A stretch of DNA of 40,267 bases, from positions 1 to 40,267 of the forward strand of contig CANRMV010000001.1 in assembly GCA_947631875.1 (NCBI GenBank). The letters run 5' to 3'. This stretch comes from an uncultured Clostridia bacterium. Lineage in GTDB: Bacteria; Bacillota; Clostridia; Christensenellales; UBA1242. Positions 33,801 to 38,890 of the stretch are shown here, in pieces; within the stretch, counting starts at the first letter, position 1, and each line of letters begins with the position of its first letter. Under the pieces are notes generated by a model, which worked only from the letters and a program-made list of their open reading frames with translations, was not told where the DNA came from and searched no databases. The translations under genes and the position numbers were made by a program.

Positions 33801-35852
33801 ACAACAAATCTTGTTGATGTTGTGTTCTGGGTTTACAACAACAATGCAAAAGCCAAAACAGATGCATTAAAGAATGATACACAAAATTCGACAACAGACG
33901 GAACATTTGAAATTAATCTCAGAACAAAGCGTGTTTCAACCACACGTGCAGATTACAGATTGTCAAGTTTGTTTGCTCCACAAACAAAACAAGAAACGGT
34001 GGAAGATGTTCAAAAAACATACAACTATTCTTACAGCGTTTACACTTTTGAAAAAGAAAGCGGTTATGACGTGGTGGGAGGAACAACAGGTCAACAAATT
34101 GACATTCAGTCATTGAGTTATGAATCATTTGGCAAAATTGCTCCAAAAACATATGTTGTGGTTGAAAATAGACGTGATACGTCTGGGGTAACCCCACAAG
34201 AGACAATCACAAACTGCTTTGTATATCGTGTTGAGTTCCTTATTAATCAAAACACACAAAATTCCGTTCAAACAGTGAAGAGATCATCCAGAGTTGTCGA
34301 AGGCAAAACAGAAGAATATGTTGCAAAAGAGGATATTAAGACGATACTTCAAAGTGTATTCCATGTTACAACAGCCAATGATTGTTATTTGCGGGATGAA
34401 ATAACGGGAGAACTAAAAGCCATTCAAGATGAAACAGGTCTTAACTCTTACACCTTCACAAGACAATATGTTAAATTGACAAAAGATGCTTCTGGAAAAG
34501 TAACAGGCTTTGAGCAAATACAAATTTTGTTCTACATCTATGACGATGCTGACGGTTCTGATGCAGGCAAAACAAATGACACTCCAACAATCAACATCCA
34601 CACATCGCAAACCACAAGATATTATTTGTCAAATCTTGATGCGTTTGTTAAAAATGAGGCGGCAAAGGCTTTGGAGGGCGCAACTGAACTCACAATTTCA
34701 TATTATGAAATGGGTGAGGACAACATGCCAATGTCACAGCCAACGCCATACATTCCATTGACCGAAAATGTTACAAAACATTTCTATGTTATTGTTAATG
34801 GAAGGTTAAACGGCAGCAATAAGAGTTATTACTTTGATATGACCTTCAATTTTAATGTTGAAGAAGGAATTGCCGGAACCGCAACGCTCAAAAACAAAAA
34901 ACATCATCCGGGAAGTGTAGAGCCTGACAAGATTGAAGGGGATGTGTTAAAAGCAGCAGAGGTTTTGGAAAGTCTTAAAGCAATTTTGGAAGTGCCAGAG
35001 GGCGTGACTGATGCACAACTATATTTCAGCAACAATAACACAATCACGTTCTTTGACGACACAACAAACAAATACATTGCTTTGACAGATGAAGATTTGC
35101 AAAATGGTTTTGTTAACGGCGTTTATGGAATAAGATACACAGAAAACAAAACAACAAATTATGTGTTCACAAACACCAAAATTTACTTCTACGATGTAAC
35201 TAAATTGCCAGCCATCGACAATTTAACAATCGGCTTGCAAAACGCGGACAACAGAACTTTCGAAATGAAAGAACTTGTTTCAACAATAATGAAGATACAA
35301 GAGTTGAATATAACTCCATCAGAAACAGTAGATTACAACTTTTTCAGTTATAGGGAAGTTGTTGGCAGTGGTGCCCAATTCAGCAAAATTGAGGACATCA
35401 GCAAAATGACTGTTGGATTTGGCGAAACCTCTCGCACAATTTTGGTTGGAGTTGAAAAATCTGTCACCAATAACGGCGAAGTGGAAGGTGTTCCAGAGAT
35501 TGAGATAACATATAATTATTATGAATTGACTCTTAAATTCACCGTTCCACTTTCTGCAAACAGGCCAGACCCTATTGAAATTACAAATGATGCAACCGCA
35601 ACTTCTGCTTTCAAAGACAAATTGGTTGAAAATAAGGCTATCACCGCAGAACAAAAAGCGAGTGCAGAGGTTGTGTTCAAATCAGTGACAAATGTAACAG
35701 AGCCAACAACAAGCGGGCTCCAAAAAATTGGTGAGGCGGTTAGTGATAAAGATATTGTTGGGAACACAACCTATTTGGCATATGTAACAATTAAAGACGG
35801 AGAAGAAGAAACAACAACCATTTATAAAGTTTCATTCATTATGGGAGAATAA
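21810..35852 (+). CDS. giant (about 4,680 aa) N-terminally membrane-anchored surface protein of unknown function
   Basis: Uninterrupted frame of about 14 kb. The N-terminus is MKRKRGVLSLWATLALVFVAFVAVAGATVLALFLMG (charged n-region plus hydrophobic span). The remainder is hydrophilic and beta-like, with no repeats or catalytic motifs detectable by eye. Confidence 0.85.
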   Translation: MKRKRGVLSLWATLALVFVAFVAVAGATVLALFLMGRFSNNGVAPGDDLTFVMTGGLGHTADVDEDGGPVFYISEDSFFQVQTGVADVTEKDLRLYFDNSLQEDVVSQPGYITDGIIIVKERAKIGERIEVKLAQDVDHEGFPKGGISTLYVGSPTNPDSVTDRHCKIVVDVPVDKSGFSVSINGQTGNEQNVVVSVPSFEIVPTFTPQKSGYYFADSNKPRLVFFDILSQKITQEEGFAYNEFKPTAVTSGTAEVVRYYTFKNSEYQRQFLTERELTENDDREKLNEAFQDYRLEHGDQVVFNDVNISIQGVSVTGVKVEPSTTLSLRLDKNFRLTTKRPSVGQVDFGTLNVSIQQGNEAATQYVNALYANLGIKIPTVEQDGVLQILPGFQISGGNVIEVDKTTWAVSKPKAMTFEDINNILKGDGGKNKMFYCLPYTRNIVSCDDYYWNISSETTLTQQTLSVNFFEEKSGGWQAFFKFNDETETKKDAEQTFTISASLPAQKEPEWKDSNAISLTITASASSDAGNSARVNLPSLMSEIDKDNVYRTIRYFLVKPTGEPEKVNDFDPTIYFDQIDSGKTYTKYYTDGEEEGADISISGVSATSGGYTLYEFTGNYLIAKKELPLGLEFNIVALLVRTDAAGNVVKDGDGRYQVINNSASKIITVESTLSIENMAPTFEVTDGTYGKRINGEGEEDPNGDYYIPSMIRDPEVPSQQKDILKFKLTLSDVTEIPPVNDDKIINAFTNGKAGVEENGVAWLTVVAMDQSRTHDLDCIELISLSRVEPSPDAHEIEYTGTFSINETKFSALTDGIDSGTYIVLELRYYDGREVLTKAITDENGVDHFYVYYQQPQSIEFNNPGTAYESDSPYVSVTVDAGKLTITWGKQEGGTPQPVNTVTDLQKLISFTLLDKFGRTIEPQLGYKLRLDEIPEDGESSNLLSFNEDRTNIGQTFRATSLSGETTTLVARVVDASGNYQTKNGTESGDQIRCSTTIKFFVKSVGLKTIKRDVSTGTDKDLQEYDDLQTVLAASMVEVRKYVTKGTSFAFADLVEFYTSSNEDKAVDIKVGVSAPFYNNLLDSQKTDLGKMLTFDSDVKNFGLLSNITSITFNHPFGEDTFIDFIVTDDGANLFSITLRLHILSNITMAPSFDTYSSKEHIPSQYLVRSTEYVNASPVFAGAQLLFKDYMPLSARNGGLSVSYSWTDDNSMFITNMQGVEEWKKDTDPGIQVDVQYEFGRAEFTVYYGVESQYALHQTITLYVNPDVLVVKYLTKANENPYVNLEGYFGGHEETGKVFGVYRLTDYIEKGTLGDELELDYSLNYTGEEGSQFIAMSDEDKYVFVGNKNLDLYYGQKITQEFGFAVSVSSEPGSQTTSSALEGATITMIGGDLGEISLGKEGNPIQIAIDFGIDQNEGESIVFQAKGGDTSGALAPVVKYNKDGQTQTYVVIEPPSGNNDGYYAANGYKISSAQGILSVSGQGNLAHLIVGNPPFLSVDGNSFVATKTFTDSKDGTLTISLTVNVIVTGMGKDNVYYTNDYTNNESGVDKKFNVFTNEDRKEMTYDVLMGSGEGLEKEKVYQTLKAGQEYTIVHNLNGAETSKTPEPGFYYNSFDANISASLKIVKATANGVTQDISEDGKRTNLATIKEDNKLQINHLESSYTETYLILELTLQEAGLNGRTFTWYYRIKIKPSFTVGQPTYPYGENGEYLDKHSSYYKEETDRYEIDLSETFTYSNSGRQGGTRFGALTFNEETVVATPQYEIASAYLSKEANVALDPANYDECFEIRVEKELLTIKVKTDQPLTIYLRQYYTLDEMRLLGSEQSYILRFNQMSGFDHSLSYNSDYNPDITSSKSEPLTAKDNVYEAELVQTKTGVFTPDIQKKEAADRVSNYLDLDVYIKGSEADLKAALKPYVTVEAGTTYTVEGEEGGKTFDATASFFASSVEQDVATRNWKIVGVEPDAKTYVFTETEFENVSYTYVKIENNGDESAPRKLLTFKAQETITRDYNFEVGVFSDEQVIFKINLTVTSVYKYKLNTEFEGGKTYDFIGANGIIKEINLQTGVEELKFDLQDKTQKAPFGNDNVTLDNLLTIDNETDKKITFAELLEDVTFTFNVSIEEKVGEAVKVKFTFPITITVKKSASVQKEFTNDRYELSGYTFEVGLETNLTNASTNKTIKDTFGLTQLAQLDADVKNGYALMGGNYPVEDISITPAEASSDFTRQTQQMTIGYYFDNILIFNYDFEFVYYVNRSVTLTPNYPDPDGNTNNGTLNTEYIGTNAYGDGSYQSATTLSFFTTPAMFARDSQNRVVQGWTDYFMRRWNVDWDAKWNDAHKDDEPKPEKPQPEEPTNSDVALIYTISIATIDTGLTVYANGKAYPNEGNSTLLQNKGFRDVDALNLMFRLDREITSAKVTFNIQVNGVSTQYVVTVVQGDVIKLVQTPTNYSSYEGANQAETIYVEDLNKYINDDGDTKLFAQKRLVTYKLRENQVGTTLFARYIQNNTSGQAVVIQLDTSTSEKVYFDMGRSLANMRFDAIYGQNSNGSVSDKKDNAVVFDTENDGLIKETSRLTAYYYETEIMTDISIIRRKKTNDGYEDWQAISGKYGTTTAEAIEITKGENYEQSEQGLTSALGYDKTNHVVRYSFAIEYKEYDEDETENTIYFSPIEYSIRVTTELLVTGNANTIENKTDSLGNTINPLDGLRIQEIEAGKDQNLMGMTGFGFTNARTGKTIAQINASARIGLKIYGFEECAIEASSDVLTNSAYVLHNYLTNHFIGDIWYETGLLPRHGMDINDNTADGSAGDNYIMYYGVDQKDYTIRAQHCSNDGNYVMIRMQYIVNWGSEDVTVTQDNNLLFKVVPGSNMTVQIKEGVNSTSYSSSSLVDEIRDGRTYRSNANNPYIFAMGTSDQDFYLVNDNNTSTSATEMSIIKVLKGNNQSYGAKDFTFTYTPTNGEYNNFKKFEGTLSGWTPDPKGLETSPKYTRKDATVKATAPRVNLGTKKMYITFEDDYGYKGIFYFNIQTTGIEPAFAENNALELTEGEQLTFSVAYQNVSVSGDGKSDSDAALTETSKQWVTYEAFDYTKDAKTVAVTGLPDGIKVNGLRMIATVGGQVFTKEALAEDNNSKDNFKDAEEGGSSLLSGGAYNNKSKIYIWSKTGDETEEGDVRGQGVDLDKNWKLGQDKEPGLTLKELEESNTKIVFEFRYTKHMKQANESKQVPGDITSGTGLYTAKYGEVQLSQTHTIGETHIPTKDELGITGNITPIAITGIGAYAYNNTLGTLDETSVINAKTASKFIGNGNEFTVKEGNKKYYEGEITVQKIEFVLKSDEKTPVTPTTITPQGTETTLLADPNKFFVAEQTQDGGSTFKLIQGKGYSVEEKEGENITTEGTQTFTVPDVKGYLYGVSDRISGVEMLVTLTTNNKESDDQETQVLKRDVTIKKNNASVPFSNLNTHDGDPISKDNEGSTVYNNTLEVVVDAHTKGTVTILTKDNGISDSTWTKETYDVSNDADFAVTKYLKIIGDNYSYTKETIGNARFKVEAQKTSTTGNITMLYNSSELDEENQIDDYNDQITLRINDPSELGGNIREKAYKTEKLYFLYYTTSVQGETTARQSDELYRQEPEFKVYPKISTLVNGSTISVDKYLRISETDKSQYYVIPFQSWAENVKVKDFKDDENEVALNGLNAYQFYFDINAYAIEGGSAGGAAYIDERGTITTTNSFNPTSDGIAVNVYANVSGNDGMYENDISKMENKDKMYLGTVDLALRHVDASGFNKIADQKAVYDIIQSSVWSEQFVAQYDKIEATNKTNWTSSNISKIVEENITNEGTFTAAIGEKVDLRKMFKDIELTNETPGFKITNNKHYHLVKIDENYVPYNNVDYYTFTNAGSYTLTIMQTGRESDATYRRQLFTVNMIVYSSGTSALKYTRVVEDGNEFSLSTLDTAQFGGDKTTEWFVLDKTTNSMTDVGGDYTISTQSKSDNFNYGRNERSFLAQTTEGSTVTTNLVDVVFWVYNNNAKAKTDALKNDTQNSTTDGTFEINLRTKRVSTTRADYRLSSLFAPQTKQETVEDVQKTYNYSYSVYTFEKESGYDVVGGTTGQQIDIQSLSYESFGKIAPKTYVVVENRRDTSGVTPQETITNCFVYRVEFLINQNTQNSVQTVKRSSRVVEGKTEEYVAKEDIKTILQSVFHVTTANDCYLRDEITGELKAIQDETGLNSYTFTRQYVKLTKDASGKVTGFEQIQILFYIYDDADGSDAGKTNDTPTINIHTSQTTRYYLSNLDAFVKNEAAKALEGATELTISYYEMGEDNMPMSQPTPYIPLTENVTKHFYVIVNGRLNGSNKSYYFDMTFNFNVEEGIAGTATLKNKKHHPGSVEPDKIEGDVLKAAEVLESLKAILEVPEGVTDAQLYFSNNNTITFFDDTTNKYIALTDEDLQNGFVNGVYGIRYTENKTTNYVFTNTKIYFYDVTKLPAIDNLTIGLQNADNRTFEMKELVSTIMKIQELNITPSETVDYNFFSYREVVGSGAQFSKIEDISKMTVGFGETSRTILVGVEKSVTNNGEVEGVPEIEITYNYYELTLKFTVPLSANRPDPIEITNDATATSAFKDKLVENKAITAEQKASAEVVFKSVTNVTEPTTSGLQKIGEAVSDKDIVGNTTYLAYVTIKDGEEETTTIYKVSFIMGE

Positions 35853-35855
35853 TAG

Positions 35856-37307
35856 ATGCTGGATGTTTGGTTTTGGGTGTTTATCGCCTACATTAGTTTA
35901 AACTTTTTGCTGTTTCTATTCATGGTGTTTTTGGAACGCAAAAAAATTTCAAGCGTTATCAGTTGGACAACAATCATCACAATTTTGCCTTTTGTGGGCT
36001 ACATCCTTTACATTTGTTTTGGAAGCGGACTGTCCTTTCGTGTTAAACGAATGATTTCGCATCACAAATTGTATGAGGTGGGCTATGACGAGGCAATCAA
36101 CAAATATATGATGGGCTCGGACAGCGAACTTGGCAAGTTGGTGCAAAATGAAGGGCTGATTAAGTGTTGCTACAATTATGGCGCAACACTTTGCCCTTAC
36201 AATGAGGTTAAAATTTTTGTCAACGGGCCGGACAAACTTGAAGCGCTGGCAAAGGACCTTGAAAATGCAAAACAAAGCATAAACATTGAGTATTACATTT
36301 TTGCAGACGATGAAACGGGCTCGCGAATAATGGACATTTTGATTAAAAAAGCCAAAGAAGGTGTGAAAGTAAAATTGATATACGACAGCATTGGTTGCCT
36401 GAAAGCCCCAAGACGCTTTTTTAGAAAATTGACCAAAGCGGGCGGCGAAGTTGCAGAATTTTTCCCACCTTTTGCACATATTCGTTTGATAAATTTGAAA
36501 CTCAATTACAGAAATCACAAAAAAATTGTGGTTGTTGACGGAAAAATTGCCTACACGGGCGGAATAAATTTGCGAGATGACCACATGGGCAAAGAGGAAA
36601 AACTTTCGCCTTGGCGAGACACGCATTTGAGAATTGAGGGAGCGGGGGTTTATCCGCTTCAAAACATTTTCTTAAACGATTGGAGATATGTTAAAAAAGA
36701 AAATTTCACTTCGGGCAAATATATCAATGATGGGCTTTTTCCTGTGCCATCAGTGACGGGCGATGTTTCGCTGCAAGTTGTCACATCTGGGCCGGATAGC
36801 GACATTCAAAGCATAAAAGAGGTTTTCATAAAAATGATAACCAACGCCAAAAAAGAAGTTTTAATCCAAACGCCATATTTCATTCCTGACACATCTTTCA
36901 TGACGGCACTTAGGATTGCACTTGCAAGTGGGGTTAAGGTTAAAATTATGCTGCCAAATAAGCCAGACTACAAAACAATTTTTTGGGTTTCGCTTTCCTA
37001 TTTGAAGGACATTGTGGAACTTGGCGCGGAGGCGTTTTTGTATGACGGATTTTTGCACAGCAAAGCGCTTGTTGTGGATGACAATGTTCTGTCAATAGGA
37101 ACTTGCAATCTAGACCACCGCAGTTTTGGGCTTAACTTTGAGGACACAGTGATTATGTATTCCAAAGAACTGAATGCGGAATATAAAGCCTATTACAAAC
37201 AAGACTTGAAACGTTGCATGAGTGCCGATGTGAAATATTTCAAAAAGAAAAAGTGGTTGACAAAATTTGCGCAAGCAGTATTCAGATTGTTTTCACCAAT
37301 TTTATAA
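35856..37307 (+). CDS. cls: cardiolipin synthase (PLD superfamily, two HKD motifs)
   Basis: Two N-terminal TM helices. HKD motifs HKKIVVVD...GGINL and HSKALVVDD...GTCNLDHRS. The SD GGGAGAA lies inside the giant gene's 3' end, and the ATG lies 3 nt after its stop. Confidence 0.9.
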   Translation: MLDVWFWVFIAYISLNFLLFLFMVFLERKKISSVISWTTIITILPFVGYILYICFGSGLSFRVKRMISHHKLYEVGYDEAINKYMMGSDSELGKLVQNEGLIKCCYNYGATLCPYNEVKIFVNGPDKLEALAKDLENAKQSINIEYYIFADDETGSRIMDILIKKAKEGVKVKLIYDSIGCLKAPRRFFRKLTKAGGEVAEFFPPFAHIRLINLKLNYRNHKKIVVVDGKIAYTGGINLRDDHMGKEEKLSPWRDTHLRIEGAGVYPLQNIFLNDWRYVKKENFTSGKYINDGLFPVPSVTGDVSLQVVTSGPDSDIQSIKEVFIKMITNAKKEVLIQTPYFIPDTSFMTALRIALASGVKVKIMLPNKPDYKTIFWVSLSYLKDIVELGAEAFLYDGFLHSKALVVDDNVLSIGTCNLDHRSFGLNFEDTVIMYSKELNAEYKAYYKQDLKRCMSADVKYFKKKKWLTKFAQAVFRLFSPIL

Positions 37308-37335
37308 ACAATTTTATGTTCAATTCAAAATCAAA

Positions 37336-37363
37336 AAGGTGCTGTATAAAAAGCGCCTTTTTT
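37336..37363 (+). terminator. intrinsic terminator after cls
   Basis: Stem AAGGTGCT (37336-37343) / AGCGCCTT (37352-37359) with one G-U pair, then a T-run to 37363. Confidence 0.6.
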
Positions 37364-37371
37364 GTTAATAT
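37363..37371 (+). promoter_or_regulatory. extended -10 promoter (TGtTAATAT); leaderless geometry
   Basis: TG at 37363-37364 and TAATAT at 37366-37371. The ATG at 37379 lies 7 nt downstream, with no SD. Confidence 0.4.
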
Positions 37372-37378
37372 TCATTTC

Positions 37379-38227
37379 ATGGCAGAGAAAGTTGAAAAAA
37401 GAAAAAATGTGAAAAATGACGAAAAATTGTCAAAAAATACGCAAAAAACACGAAAAAATGCTAAAAAAATCGAAAAAAATCAAGAAAAAACCAATTTTGA
37501 GAGCCAAAATTATGAAAAACTTGATTTTGAAAATGATAAATTTTTTGAAGTTTTTGCAAAACAAAATGGGCTTTTCACAGAAGTCAATCGCCCGCTCAAC
37601 GACATTATGTATGCAAACATCATAATGATTTTTGCAGTTTTTGTTTCCGCTTTCATACCTGTTGTCAGTTTGGCGCTGCCGTTTTTGGTTTTTATTTATT
37701 TTGAGGCTGGCATTTATGGCTTTGTTTATAAAGTTGAAAGTGACAAGCCTTATAAGTTTGAAGAAATTTTTGTTTCACTTAAAAAAGCAATAAAAATTTT
37801 TTGCGTGTTTGTTATTCGAATGTTTTTGACAATATTTTTTGCATGCTTATTTCTTGTGCCGGGCGTGATTGTGATGCTTCAATATTCTTTTTGTCCAATC
37901 ATTCTTTTTGAAAGTGAAAAATTGGATGTGCGGGGAGTGCTTGCCCTTTCAAAAGAAATGACACAAGGCTATAAATGGCAAATTTTCCTAAACAAAATGA
38001 TTGCGCTTGCAACTGTGTGCGTTGCGGTCACCATGATGTTTTTGCTGATTTTGCTTTTTGATGTGTTCTTATTTGTTCCGCCATATTTTTATATTATTTT
38101 CGTGACGCTTGCTGGCGTTCTTGATGTGATTTTGGTGGCGCTGCCTCTTGTGGAAATTGCAGTTGCGGACTGTTATATTTCTTCAAAAAACAGTAAAGTT
38201 GCAAATGCGTTGCAAAAAACAACTTAA
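37379..38227 (+). CDS. polytopic membrane protein (DUF975-like) with K/N/Q-rich heptad N-terminal tail
   Basis: About six hydrophobic helices and a SKEMTQGYKWQIFL segment reminiscent of DUF975. The N-terminal tail reads KNTQKTR KNAKKIE KNQEKTN. The ORF-track start at 37214 overlaps cls and the terminator, so it is rejected. Confidence 0.6.
   Translation: MAEKVEKRKNVKNDEKLSKNTQKTRKNAKKIEKNQEKTNFESQNYEKLDFENDKFFEVFAKQNGLFTEVNRPLNDIMYANIIMIFAVFVSAFIPVVSLALPFLVFIYFEAGIYGFVYKVESDKPYKFEEIFVSLKKAIKIFCVFVIRMFLTIFFACLFLVPGVIVMLQYSFCPIILFESEKLDVRGVLALSKEMTQGYKWQIFLNKMIALATVCVAVTMMFLLILLFDVFLFVPPYFYIIFVTLAGVLDVILVALPLVEIAVADCYISSKNSKVANALQKTT
37395..37490 (+). repeat. array of about 10 helically phased A-tracts
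   Basis: A5-7 runs start at 37395, 37402, 37412, 37422, 37432, 37443, 37453, 37463, 37473 and 37485, a spacing of 10-11 nt for most. Confidence 0.85.
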
Positions 38228-38231
38228 TTGC

Positions 38232-38260
38232 TTGTGTTTTTTGAAAATTTTCGCTATAAT
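38232..38260 (+). promoter_or_regulatory. candidate promoter
   Basis: TTGTGT (38232-38237), 17-nt spacer, TATAAT (38255-38260). Confidence 0.4.
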
Positions 38261-38282
38261 TCACATATAGAAGAGGTGGAAA

Positions 38283-38834
38283 TTGGATTATAACGAGTTT
38301 ACTAAGCGAAAAGATGCCTATAACGAGTTTGTTGAAATGAGGAAAGTTGTGCTTGAAAGCGCACAAAACAAAAAGGTTTTCAACGAGGTTTTTGCTGAAC
38401 TTTGCACAAAGGCATATATGGGTGATTGCGTGGCGCAAGATTGCGTTGCCTACTTTTTCAACAAGGGCATACCAGATAGGTTGACAATAAATTACAATTT
38501 TTATTTGGGCTGGGAAATTTTGGCGGGCGCAAACGGAAACGAGTTTGCACTTGAAAAATTGGAATTTTTCTTAAATTCGGCATTGGAACAAATAATTGAC
38601 GACACCGAACTTCTCACGATTGCCATGCAAAAGAGAAACATAAACAAAAACAACGCTTTGATGGTGATAAGCAATTTGCTTTGTGAGGGGATTGTTGACC
38701 AACTCCAATTAAAGCCAAGCGAGTTAATTGACCTTCAAGCAAAGGCGGTTTTGTATTCGCCAGAGGTGAACAGGCGCTATCTTGACGCGCTTGACAAGTG
38801 CATAACAAAAGTTGCTGAATTTTTGGTTTCGTAA
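38283..38834 (+). CDS. hypothetical protein, possible Sel1-like repeat
   Basis: The TTG start follows AGAGGTGGA. The segment GDCVAQDCVAYFFNKGIP...YLGWEILAGANGNEFALEKLEFF resembles Sel1/TPR-like repeats. Confidence 0.5.
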   Translation: MDYNEFTKRKDAYNEFVEMRKVVLESAQNKKVFNEVFAELCTKAYMGDCVAQDCVAYFFNKGIPDRLTINYNFYLGWEILAGANGNEFALEKLEFFLNSALEQIIDDTELLTIAMQKRNINKNNALMVISNLLCEGIVDQLQLKPSELIDLQAKAVLYSPEVNRRYLDALDKCITKVAEFLVS

Positions 38835-38860
38835 AAGGAAATTAAATTTATAATAAGTTT

Positions 38861-38890
38861 AAAAAAGAGCCTATTCTATGGGCTCAATTT
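38861..38890 (-). terminator. intrinsic terminator overlapping the collagen-like gene's stop codon
   Basis: Stem GAGCC (38867-38871) / GGCTC (38881-38885). On the minus strand it is followed by a U6 run (A-run 38861-38866 on the + strand). Confidence 0.5.

Noticed and set aside
35949-36662. 237-aa ORF on the minus strand inside cls
   Set aside because: It is antisense to a gene with two intact HKD motifs, so it is a shadow frame.
37214-37378. ORF-track extension of the DUF975-like gene back into cls
   Set aside because: It overlaps the cls 3' end and crosses the cls terminator hairpin (37336-37363). The ATG at 37379 sits directly behind an extended -10 element.
20897-37480. The inverted 48-nt repeats as terminal inverted repeats of a mobile element or an invertible segment
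   Set aside because: No transposase, integrase or invertase lies inside or nearby, and there are no target-site duplications. Both copies lie in frame inside genes and identity is only about 81%. The repeats are kept as a finding on DNA curvature or a shared peptide motif instead.
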